Source of the DNA: Gammaproteobacteria bacterium
GTDB taxonomy: Bacteria > Pseudomonadota > Gammaproteobacteria > Steroidobacterales > Steroidobacteraceae
NCBI GenBank assembly: GCA_023265875.1
Contig: JAHFSF010000001.1
Coordinates: 1-47,542 of the forward strand
Direction of reading: 5' to 3'
Length of the DNA: 47,542 nt
The position numbers were made by a program, and so were the translations under genes. The notes under the pieces were generated by a model. It had not been told where the DNA came from. It did not search any database and saw nothing but the letters and a program-made list of their open reading frames with translations. Below, piece after piece: positions 38,779 to 46,774 of this stretch (position 1 is the stretch's first letter; every line of letters begins with the position of its first letter).

Positions 38779-39591
38779 CTACTCCCGGATGCCCGTGCCC
38801 CGGTTCATCAGCGTCACGACGACCGTGAACATCACGATCGCGAATGTTCCCATGATCGCGAATGCGACACCGAGGCTGACGTCGCTGGCGCCCAGGAATC
38901 CATAACGGAAGGCGTTGACCATGTACAGGATCGGGTTGGCGTAGGACATCGTCTCCGCCCAGTCCGGCAGCAGGGACACCGAATAGAACACGCCGCCCAG
39001 GTAGGTCATCGGTGTCAGCACGAAGGTCGGAAACCACGAGATCTGGTCGAAATTCTTCGCGAAGATCGCGTTGAAGAAGCCGCCCAGTGAAAAGACGACG
39101 GCGGTCAGCAGCACCGACGCGACCACCAGCAGCGGATGATGAACGGGCACGTGCGTGAAGAACAGGGACACGAGCGTGACCACCAGCCCTACCAGCAGTC
39201 CCCGCATCACGCCGCCGGAAATGTAGCCAAGCACGATCAACCAGTTCGGCAGCGGCGCGACCAGCAGCTCCTCGATGTGCTTGCCGAACTTGGCGCCGAA
39301 GAAGCTCGACACGACGTTGCCGTATGAATTGGTGATGACCGACATCATGATCAGGCCGGGCGCGATGAACTGCATGTAGTCATAGCCGCCCATCTGCCCG
39401 ATGCGGCGACCGATCAGGCTGCCGAAGATGATGAAGTACAGCGTGGCCGTCACGACCGGCGGCAACAGGGTCTGGCCCCAGATCCGGATGATGCGGCCGT
39501 ATTCGCGCCGCACGATCGTTTCAAGGCCGATCCGGTGGGCGCGCGCCAGTGAAGGCTCGCCGCTTCGCCCGAGCGTGCGTGTCGTCGCCAT
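38779..39591 (-). CDS. yadH: ABC-2 transporter permease YadH
   Basis: Near-collinear by eye with E. coli YadH (IWGQTLLPPVVTATLYFIIFGSLIG; FIAPGLIMMSVITNSYGNVVSSFFGAKFGKHIEELLVAPLP). Confidence 0.85.
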   Translation of the reverse strand: MATTRTLGRSGEPSLARAHRIGLETIVRREYGRIIRIWGQTLLPPVVTATLYFIIFGSLIGRRIGQMGGYDYMQFIAPGLIMMSVITNSYGNVVSSFFGAKFGKHIEELLVAPLPNWLIVLGYISGGVMRGLLVGLVVTLVSLFFTHVPVHHPLLVVASVLLTAVVFSLGGFFNAIFAKNFDQISWFPTFVLTPMTYLGGVFYSVSLLPDWAETMSYANPILYMVNAFRYGFLGASDVSLGVAFAIMGTFAIVMFTVVVTLMNRGTGIRE

Positions 39592-39592
39592 C

Positions 39593-40528
39593 TCAGCTCC
39601 CCCCCGCGCCGGATGCGCCCCTGCTCTCGACGAGGCGCATGAACAGCTCCTCGAGCCGATTGACCTTGTTGCGCATGCTGACCACCTCGTGGCCGCTTTC
39701 GGTCAGCTTGCCGAAGATGGCGTTCAGTCCCTGTTCCTTCGAGACGTCGATTTCCAGCGTGTGATCGTCGGTCATGCGCGTCACGTAGCCGGGCAGGGAT
39801 GGCGGGTCGCTGACCGGCTCGCGGAAGTTCAGCACGAAGGTTTCCTGGCTCAGCTTGCCGATCACCCTCGCCATCGTGTCGTTCTCGATGATGCGGCCGT
39901 CGTCGATGATCGCGATGTTGCGGCACAGGCTCTCGGCTTCCTCGAGGTAATGCGTCGTCAATATGATCGTCGTGCCCTGCCCGTTGATCTCGCGCAGGAA
40001 ACCCCACATGCTGCGCCTGATCTCGATGTCCACGCCCGCGGTCGGCTCGTCGAGGATCAGCAGTCGCGGCTCGTGCACCAGTGCGCGCGCGATCATCAGG
40101 CGGCGTTTCATGCCGCCCGACAGCGAGCGGGCAATGTGATCGCGCTTTTCCCAGAGCTGGAGCTGGCGCAGGTAGTGTTCGGCGCGCTCGAGTGCCTTTC
40201 GCCGGGGGAGCCCGTAAAAACCCGCCTGGTTCACGACGATCTTGAAAATCTTCTCGAACTGGTTGAAGTTGATTTCCTGCGGCACGACCCCGATGCATGA
40301 TTTCGCGCGCGCGAGTTCATGCTCGATGTCGTAGCCGAAAACCTGCACGCTGCCGCTGGTCTTGGTGACGAGTGACGTGATGATTCCGATCGTGGTCGTC
40401 TTGCCGGCGCCATTCGGGCCAAGCAGCGCGAAGAAACCGCCTTCGTCGACGTCGAGGTCGATCCCGCGGAGCGCCTTCACGCCATTGCGGTAGGTCTTGG
40501 TCAGGCCGCGGATCGAAAGCGCCTTCAT
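39593..40528 (-). CDS. yadG: ABC transporter ATP-binding protein YadG
   Basis: Walker [29 protein letters not shown]. Trimmed to ATG 40528 (GGAG SD). Confidence 0.85.
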   Translation of the reverse strand: MKALSIRGLTKTYRNGVKALRGIDLDVDEGGFFALLGPNGAGKTTTIGIITSLVTKTSGSVQVFGYDIEHELARAKSCIGVVPQEINFNQFEKIFKIVVNQAGFYGLPRRKALERAEHYLRQLQLWEKRDHIARSLSGGMKRRLMIARALVHEPRLLILDEPTAGVDIEIRRSMWGFLREINGQGTTIILTTHYLEEAESLCRNIAIIDDGRIIENDTMARVIGKLSQETFVLNFREPVSDPPSLPGYVTRMTDDHTLEIDVSKEQGLNAIFGKLTESGHEVVSMRNKVNRLEELFMRLVESRGASGAGGS

Positions 40529-40618
40529 GGAACTCCGGACAGGAAACGGCACGGCTTCGGGCAGGCACGAAGCCTAAACTCCGCCCTGACTGGCGGCAAC
40601 CGCCGTCGGCGTCGGCGA

Positions 40619-41308
40619 TCAGGCGGTCAGGTTACGCCGGGGTTTGCGCTGCAGTGCCTGCAGCCGGGCGCTTTCGGCGCCCTGGATCTGCAGCCCGAGT
40701 TGCTGCAGCACATTGACCGACCTGTCGTCGGGAGCGGCGGCGCAGCCCTCGAACTGCAGCCAGAATCGCGTTCGCGAGCCGAAACGCGCCGTGAGCGCGG
40801 GTGCGACGCGCCTCGCCAGGCCATCGATCGCGGCGACGGGCAGCGCGGCGAGCGCTGCGATCGTCGTCCTCGAGGTGCCGAACACGAGTTGTGCGCCCGG
40901 TGCCCGGGTCTGCGCGAGGTGCCAGGCCAGCATGATGGCGGTGCGGGAGAAGGCAACGATGCGCTCGTCCGCCGCGGATACCGCCTGCGCATCCTGTACT
41001 GCGCCGGCCGCAGCGACCTGGCTCTCCCAGTAGCTGCCATCCCCGAATCGCAGGTCGAACAGTGCGTAAGGCAGCCGTTCGCACAGCCGTTGCTGCGCCA
41101 CGGGATCGATCAGCGCGTTGACGGCCCTAGGCGGAAGCCCGTTGATCAGCCGCAAACGGCCCTCCTCGGCCAGTTCCGCGGCGAGGTCCAGGAAGGCGCG
41201 GTTGATCGAGCACAAGGCCGCACGCGTGGCAGGGTCCAGCAGTGAACGCTGGGACCAGTCCGCGAGACCGACCGGTGGCGCGAGTGCGAGCGGTTGCTGA
41301 CGGCTCAT
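40619..41308 (-). CDS. tandem FlhD-like protein (two FlhD-type helical repeats plus FlhD-like C-terminal tail)
   Basis: ATG 41308 follows GGGGAG. Residues 31-90 (LCSINRAFLDLAAEL...INGLPPRAVNALIDPVAQQRLCERLPYALFDLRFGD) and 116-180 (IVAFSRTAIMLAWHLAQ...FGTSRTTIAALAALPVAAIDGLARRVAPALTARFGS) each resemble E. coli FlhD IYDINLSYLLLAQRL...[35 protein letters not shown]. The tail VNVLQQLGLQI...RKPRR resembles DDLQQIHTGIM...RKKRA. Confidence 0.5.
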   Translation of the reverse strand: MSRQQPLALAPPVGLADWSQRSLLDPATRAALCSINRAFLDLAAELAEEGRLRLINGLPPRAVNALIDPVAQQRLCERLPYALFDLRFGDGSYWESQVAAAGAVQDAQAVSAADERIVAFSRTAIMLAWHLAQTRAPGAQLVFGTSRTTIAALAALPVAAIDGLARRVAPALTARFGSRTRFWLQFEGCAAAPDDRSVNVLQQLGLQIQGAESARLQALQRKPRRNLTA

Positions 41309-41368
41309 GGCATTTCTCCCCGATGACGTGCCATTACGCATAGGGCCGGCTCTTGGACCGGCTTCCTG

Positions 41369-41396
41369 TTTACTGGTAAAAAAATACCAGTAAGAT
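41369..41396. promoter_or_regulatory. perfect palindrome TTACTGGTA-N6-TACCAGTAA overlapping candidate divergent promoters (operator)
   Basis: Arms are at 41370-41378 and 41385-41393 with an AAAAAA spacer. On the + strand, TTTACT (41369-74)-N16-TAAGAT (41391-96) lies about 24 nt before ATG 41420. A mirror-image TTACTG-N15-TAAACA sits on the - strand. This is the most AT-rich patch in the local region. Confidence 0.5.
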
Positions 41397-41419
41397 CACG
41401 CTGCGTCAAGGCGGCAACC

Positions 41420-41998
41420 ATGCGTATCACCGACGACCGCTACACCCGGGACCGGCTGCGGCTGGACCTGGCCCTGCGCCTGATCGGGCACGAGGCGCGC
41501 ACGCGCACGATCCGCAGCTGGACCGGCCTGACCGACGACCGGATCCGCAAGCTGTACCGGTCCTACGTCGCGGACGCTGGCCGCCGGGAAGTGCGCCGCC
41601 ACCGCGGCAAGTCGCCGCGCCAGAACGCCTTCTTCATGCGCAATGCCGGCATCCGCCGCGAAGCGGCCGGACTGGCGACGCTGCTGTGCATCCTTGGACT
41701 GTTGCGACGCGAGGCCAGCGCGTCCGCGGGCGCCATGGACCAGCTGCGCTGGGGTGAAAGTTTCTGCGAGGCGTATGAGACATTTGCGAGCCTGTTCGAG
41801 CACCCGCAACTGTCTTTCGAGCATGCGTGCCAGCTGATGCGCTCGCTGGAAAAGCAGAACGAACTCTGCCTAGACGACTGCGACGGCTGCGGCAGCCTGC
41901 TGGTCGTGCTGCGATATGCGGAGAAACCGAAGGCGTGCGAGTTCTGCGCAACGACGCGGCCACCCGCGCGTCCGGGCCTGTCGGTAGGCGACTGCTAG
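41420..41998 (+). CDS. FlhC-family transcriptional regulator-like protein
   Basis: LRLDLALRLIGHEARTRTI vs FlhC DIQLAMELITLGARLQML. DDRIRKLYRSY...RHRGKSP vs RGRLIKLYKELRGSPPPKG. Zn knuckle CDGC-x15-CEFC vs FlhC CxxC-x16-CxxC. Strong GC3 coding signal. Confidence 0.65.
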   Translation: MRITDDRYTRDRLRLDLALRLIGHEARTRTIRSWTGLTDDRIRKLYRSYVADAGRREVRRHRGKSPRQNAFFMRNAGIRREAAGLATLLCILGLLRREASASAGAMDQLRWGESFCEAYETFASLFEHPQLSFEHACQLMRSLEKQNELCLDDCDGCGSLLVVLRYAEKPKACEFCATTRPPARPGLSVGDC

Positions 41999-42031
41999 AA
42001 TGACGCGTCTGCAGTCCAGGAACCGCTACCG

Positions 42032-42982
42032 ATGCGTCCGGATCCGGAGCGGCCCAATGTCTTTTCCGGGCCGCATGTCGATCGGCTGAAGTTTTCGCAA
42101 TTCGATGCGGAGACGGTTGCGCGTGCCATCGCAGAGGGTGCCGCTCGCCTGGTGCCGGTATGGCGCTCGCGCTGCCCCGTGATACGCGAGCCGTCGCCAA
42201 GCGCCCTGCTGCTGGAATTCGGCGCCGGGCCGTTTGCAGGCATCGATGCCGATGAGTTGATCCTGCTCGGCGAATTCGAGGGTCGTGCCGTATTCACGAC
42301 CGAGGTGCTCACGGATGCGCCGCCAGCGCTCGCAGGCGGCGTCGAATTTGCCGACCTGCGGCTTGCGGCGGGACTGTTGTCGCACGACGAGGCGGGATTG
42401 CTCGCCTATGCGCGCGCCATGGTCTCGTTCCGGCATCGTCATCGTTTCTGCGGCAGTTGCGGCGCGCCGACCCGCCCGCAGCGCGCTGGCCGCATGATGA
42501 CCTGCACGAATGAGGCCTGTGGCACGGAGTTCTTCCCGCGCGTGGATCCGGCGGTCATCGTGCTGGTCACGCACGGCGATCATGCTTTGCTCGGGCGCCA
42601 GCCTGGCTGGCCCGCGGGCCGTTATTCGGCCATCGCGGGATTTGTCGAGCCCGGCGAAAGCCTCGAGGATTCCGTGCGCCGTGAGGTGCTCGAGGAGACC
42701 GGCATCGAGATCGGCGCCATGAACTACCAGTCGTCGCAGCCGTGGCCATTCCCCCGCTCGCTGATGCTCGGCTTCCGCGGCGAGGCCGTTTCCACCGCGA
42801 TCCACCTCGGTGACGAGGAACTCGAGGACGCCCGCTGGTTCAGCCGGGCCGAGATCGCCGCGGGCACGCCCCTGCTGCCGTTCCGCCAGTCCATCGCATT
42901 CCGGCTGATCGAAGAATGGTATGACGCGGACGCCAGGCGCCCGCTGGCCGAGGAACACGCCGTGCACGGCCGCCGGTCCTGA
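42032..42982 (+). CDS. nudC: NAD(+) diphosphatase (NADH pyrophosphatase)
   Basis: Zinc ribbon FCGSCGAPT...CTNEACGTEFFPRVDP followed by Nudix box GFVEPGESLEDSVRREVLEETGI and the SQPWPFPRS motif. Confidence 0.9.
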   Translation: MRPDPERPNVFSGPHVDRLKFSQFDAETVARAIAEGAARLVPVWRSRCPVIREPSPSALLLEFGAGPFAGIDADELILLGEFEGRAVFTTEVLTDAPPALAGGVEFADLRLAAGLLSHDEAGLLAYARAMVSFRHRHRFCGSCGAPTRPQRAGRMMTCTNEACGTEFFPRVDPAVIVLVTHGDHALLGRQPGWPAGRYSAIAGFVEPGESLEDSVRREVLEETGIEIGAMNYQSSQPWPFPRSLMLGFRGEAVSTAIHLGDEELEDARWFSRAEIAAGTPLLPFRQSIAFRLIEEWYDADARRPLAEEHAVHGRRS

Positions 42983-42989
42983 GCCGGCG

Positions 42990-43766
42990 ATGTGCCTGGC
43001 ACTGATCGCCTACCGGGTCCATCCGCGCTTCCCGCTGGTGCTGGTCGCGAATCGCGACGAGTTTCATGCACGGCCGGCGACGCCCATGCACTGGTGGGAC
43101 GACGGCCCGCCACTGCTGGCCGGCCGCGATCTCCAGGCCGGCGGCACCTGGTGCGGTCTTGATCCGCATGGACGGCTCGCGCTCGTGACGAACTACCGCG
43201 ATCCTTCGCTGGCGAAGCCACAGGAGAATTCGCGCGGCGAGCTCGTCGCGGCATTCCTGCGCAGCCAGTCAGGCGCGCGTGATTTCGTGCATGACGCGGC
43301 GGCGCGTGCCGCCCGGTATGCGGGTTTCAGCCTGCTGGCGCTCGACGATTCCGGCCTCGGCTATGCGGTCAGTCATCCCGGGCCCGCGGCCTGGATGCTG
43401 GAACCCGGCATCTATGGACTCAGCAACCGGCGACTCGATGCTCCATGGCCAAAGCTGCTGCGCACGCGTGCGCTCTTCGAGCGCGAGATTGCCGGCGGCG
43501 ATCCGGTCCCGGCGCGCCTGCTCGAAATCCTTGCGGACCGCACGGTTGCGGATGACACCCAGCTGCCCGACACCGGCATCGGCCTCGACTGGGAACGCCT
43601 GCTGTCGTCGCCATTCATCGTTGGCCCCGGCTATGGCACCCGCTGCAGCACCGTCGTGCTGATCGACCGGGAGCGCAGGCTCAGCATCGAGGAACGGAGC
43701 TTCGCGAGCGACGGCAGCACGACCACCCGCGTCCGCATCGCATTCCAGTCCCTGCCGCGCGCTTAG
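42990..43766 (+). CDS. NRDE-family (TANGO2-like) protein
   Basis: MCLALIAY...LVLVANRDEFHARP, the eponymous NRDE motif. Trimmed to ATG 42990. Confidence 0.85.
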   Translation: MCLALIAYRVHPRFPLVLVANRDEFHARPATPMHWWDDGPPLLAGRDLQAGGTWCGLDPHGRLALVTNYRDPSLAKPQENSRGELVAAFLRSQSGARDFVHDAAARAARYAGFSLLALDDSGLGYAVSHPGPAAWMLEPGIYGLSNRRLDAPWPKLLRTRALFEREIAGGDPVPARLLEILADRTVADDTQLPDTGIGLDWERLLSSPFIVGPGYGTRCSTVVLIDRERRLSIEERSFASDGSTTTRVRIAFQSLPRA

Positions 43767-43802
43767 GCCCGCCGCCGCCGGCTGCCCGCCGGCTTGACCG
43801 CG

Positions 43803-43840
43803 TGTGCATATTTATGCACACTGCCGCGAATTTATGCACA
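43803..43840. promoter_or_regulatory. two tandem ARG-box-like operators at the argR start
   Basis: Box 1 is TGTGCATATTTATGCACA (43803-43820), i.e. TGCAT-ATTT-ATGCA, the same geometry as E. coli TGAAT-wwww-ATTCA. Box 2 is GCCGCGAATTTATGCACA (43823-43840) with a conserved right half, 20 bp out of register. TTGACC lies at 43794-43799. Confidence 0.55.
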
Positions 43841-44301
43841 CGGATTCCAGCACCGGAGGCGCCGACGCGACGCTTGCGCGCCGCGAGGCGCTCAGGCGCA
43901 TCATCAGCCGCTCGCCCGTCGGCCGGCAGGCGGATCTCGTCCACCTGCTCGGCAAGGCCGGCCATCACGCGACGCAGTCGAGCGTCAGCCGGGACCTGCG
44001 GGAACTCGGCGTTGCCAAGCGGCGCGACCGCTACATGCTGCCTGATGAATCGGCGCCGGCACTGGATGACTTTGCGGCGGTCTCCGCTTTTGTCCGCGCA
44101 ATCAGCACCGCAGGACCCTGCCTGACCGTGATCCGCACGACCGCCGGCGCAGCGCAAAGTGTCGCAATCGTGCTTGACCGGACCGGGTGGCCCGAGATTG
44201 TCGGCACGCTGTCGGGCGATGACACGATCTTTGTTGCGACCAGGGGCGCCGCGACCCAGCGCCGGCTGATCACCCGTCTCCACGAGAAATTCCGAGTCTG
44301 A
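43834..44301 (+). CDS. argR: arginine repressor
   Basis: Winged-helix LLGKAGHHATQSSVSRDLRELG and C-terminal GDDTIFVATRG. ATG 43834 lies inside ARG box 2 with no SD (possibly leaderless). ORF 43804..44301 starts at an earlier GTG. Confidence 0.8.
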   Translation: MHTDSSTGGADATLARREALRRIISRSPVGRQADLVHLLGKAGHHATQSSVSRDLRELGVAKRRDRYMLPDESAPALDDFAAVSAFVRAISTAGPCLTVIRTTAGAAQSVAIVLDRTGWPEIVGTLSGDDTIFVATRGAATQRRLITRLHEKFRV

Positions 44302-44410
44302 TGCCGACCATACCGGGACCATCGTCGGGCGCTGGTATGCGGGCTGATTCAAGGATGCTTTCCTCACCCGACGTGTTCCCGACGCGGGCCGGCTGCGAGG
44401 CGCAGCCCCA

Positions 44411-45493
44411 ATGATGAAATCGATCATCGTCGACAAGATCGCATCGGTCACGCAGGCCTGCGGACTCTCGCACGAACTGCGGATATCGACCGACATCCCC
44501 TGCGACGAAGGCGTAGTGCTCGCGGTCGAGATCCTGACCGACAAGGCGCAGTACAACACGCTCGAGCTGACCAGCGGCCGGATGGCCAAGCTCGCGCGCG
44601 GCAATGTCGTGGTCGGCGCACTCGGCCATCGCAAGGCGCTGTTCGGCTACTCCGGCCACCTGCCGGAGAGACTGGCGGCCGGCGACGTCATCCAGGTGCT
44701 GAACATCGGCGGCGTGCTCGGCATCTGTGATTCCGCGAATCCCGAGAAAGGCCGGCCCTTCGATTGCAGGGTGCTCGGTGTCGTGCTGCACTTTCCCTAC
44801 CTCGGGGAACGCATCGGCGTGCCGGCGCGGGTCGGCATGCGCAAGCTGGACCTCGCTGCGCCGCTGGCCACGTCTGGCGTGCCGGTGGTCGCGCTCGCCG
44901 GCACCTGCATGGAGGCCGGCAAGACCGCCGCCGCCTGCGCGATGATCTCCCGCATGCGCCATCGTGGCCTGACGGTGGACGCCTTCAAGGCAACCGGCGT
45001 CTCGCTGCGACGCGACATCCTGGCGATGGAGGATTCCGGCGCGCGCCGTTCGATGATCTTCACGGACTTCGGCATCGTCACGACGACGCCGAAATGCGGG
45101 CCGGCGTTGACGCGCACGATGCTGACCGCAATGGCCGCTGGCGGGCCCGACGTCATCGTGTTCGAGCTGGGCGACGGCATACTTGGCGCTTACGGCGTCG
45201 AGGCGATCCTCGAGGCGCCGGACATCCGCCAGGTCCTGACCGCCGTCGTGCTGTCGGCCAACGATCCCGTCGCCGCCTGGGGCGGCGTCAAGCTGCTGCG
45301 CGATCGCTTCGGCATCGAGCCCGCAGTCGTCACCGGGCCCTGCACCGACAACTCGGTCGGCGTGGACATCGTCCGCGAACAACTGGGCGTCCCGGCATTC
45401 AATGCGCTGACGAGCGGCGCGGCGCTGGGTGACTGCGTGATCTCTGCCACCGGCCTCGATGCCGTCGCGCATTCGAAGGAGCTCGAACAATGA
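44411..45493 (+). CDS. uncharacterised 360-aa protein: N-terminal beta-rich domain plus C-terminal P-loop-like (SIMIBI/BioD-like) domain
   Basis: Strong GC3 coding signal. Motif ALAGTCMEAGKT (about aa 161-172) is followed by FKATG, TDFG and VFELGDGILG. The stop overlaps the argC ATG (ATGA). I do not recognise the family. Confidence 0.7.
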   Translation: MMKSIIVDKIASVTQACGLSHELRISTDIPCDEGVVLAVEILTDKAQYNTLELTSGRMAKLARGNVVVGALGHRKALFGYSGHLPERLAAGDVIQVLNIGGVLGICDSANPEKGRPFDCRVLGVVLHFPYLGERIGVPARVGMRKLDLAAPLATSGVPVVALAGTCMEAGKTAAACAMISRMRHRGLTVDAFKATGVSLRRDILAMEDSGARRSMIFTDFGIVTTTPKCGPALTRTMLTAMAAGGPDVIVFELGDGILGAYGVEAILEAPDIRQVLTAVVLSANDPVAAWGGVKLLRDRFGIEPAVVTGPCTDNSVGVDIVREQLGVPAFNALTSGAALGDCVISATGLDAVAHSKELEQ

Positions 45494-46551
45494 CCGCGCG
45501 GACGCCGGCGATCATCCTCGGCGGCACCGGTTACGTTGCCGGCGAGCTGCTGCGACTCGTGCTCGGCCATCCGCGCCTCGAGCTCGCGGCGATCGCTTCG
45601 GACAGCCAGCCCGGCGAACCGGTCGCGGACGCATTTCCACACCTGGCTGCCGCCTGCGGCGACCTGCGATACCTTTCGCTCGAGCAGGCGATCGAGACGA
45701 CCATGAAGCACGAGCGGTCCGCCGTGCTCGCGGCCGCGCCGCACGGCGTCTCGCACAAGCTGCTGGATTCGCTGCTCACGCGCGCTGCGGCAGCAGGTGC
45801 CAAACCGGCGGTCGTCGATATTTCCGCCGACTTCCGCTTCGCCGATCCCGGCGAATATGCGCGTGTCTACAGGCACCCACACGGCGCGCCGTCACGCATC
45901 AGGGAGTTCAGCTGCGCGGTGCCGGAGCACCTCGATCGCGCGCCGACACCGCATGTCGCGCACCCGGGCTGCTTCAGCACAGCGACCCTGCTCGCCTCGG
46001 TGCCCCTGCTTGCGCTCGACCTGATCGAGCCGCAGATCTTCGTCTCCGCCGTGACCGGCAGCACCGGGGCCGGGCGGAACCCGATCGCCGGCACGCACCA
46101 CCCGCAGCGCCACAGCGATCTCTACGCCTACAGCGCGCTTGCCCATCGCCACGCACCTGAAATTGCGGCGCTCGCGCGCGCGGCCGCGGGTCGCGCCGGC
46201 CATTTTGCGTTCGTGCCGCATTCCGGGCCCTTTGCGCGCGGCATTCATGCGACCGTGCAGGCCAGGCTCAGCAAACACCTCGACACCGGTGCTGCGATCG
46301 CGGCGCTGCGCGGGTTCTACGCGGGCCGGCCATTCGTGCGTGTACTGGACGAGCCACCGCGACTCAAGGACGTCGTCGCCAGCAACTATGCGCACCTGTC
46401 GGCGGTTGCCGACGGCGACACGATCGTCGTGTTGTCGGTCGTGGACAACCTGGTCAAGGGTGCGGCCGGCGGCGCCCTGCAGTGGATGAACCGCCTGCTC
46501 GGCCTCGACGAGACGACCGGGCTCACGACGCCGGCGCCGGGCTGGACCTGA
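45490..46551 (+). CDS. argC: N-acetyl-gamma-glutamyl-phosphate reductase
   Basis: AIILGGTGYVAGELLRLVLGHP, catalytic-Cys motif HPGCFSTA, and VDNLVKGAAGGALQ. Confidence 0.9.
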   Translation: MTARTPAIILGGTGYVAGELLRLVLGHPRLELAAIASDSQPGEPVADAFPHLAAACGDLRYLSLEQAIETTMKHERSAVLAAAPHGVSHKLLDSLLTRAAAAGAKPAVVDISADFRFADPGEYARVYRHPHGAPSRIREFSCAVPEHLDRAPTPHVAHPGCFSTATLLASVPLLALDLIEPQIFVSAVTGSTGAGRNPIAGTHHPQRHSDLYAYSALAHRHAPEIAALARAAAGRAGHFAFVPHSGPFARGIHATVQARLSKHLDTGAAIAALRGFYAGRPFVRVLDEPPRLKDVVASNYAHLSAVADGDTIVVLSVVDNLVKGAAGGALQWMNRLLGLDETTGLTTPAPGWT

Positions 46552-46774
46552 GCGGCGCTCGCAGGATGCCTGCTCATCCCGGACACGGCCGTCCCCGGCT
46601 GCCATTTGATGCATTGCCCGCCGCTGCGGCGTAACGTCACGGTTGCCGCCGAGGTGCGGGGCGGACGGCCCGGCCGTGTGCTCGACCAGGCCCGCAAGCG
46701 TCCAGTCCTGCGGCTGGCGGTACCCTGTCGCCGGTCCGGCAGCGGCAGGCATTGATGCGAGGAGCGTTGACAAG

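Noticed and set aside
46566-46634. A 22-codon ORF (MPAHPGHGRPRLPFDALPAAAA) in the argC-argB spacer, considered as an arginine-sensing leader peptide.
   Set aside because: It has only two non-adjacent Arg codons and no properly spaced SD. There is no clear terminator/antiterminator tied to its stop.
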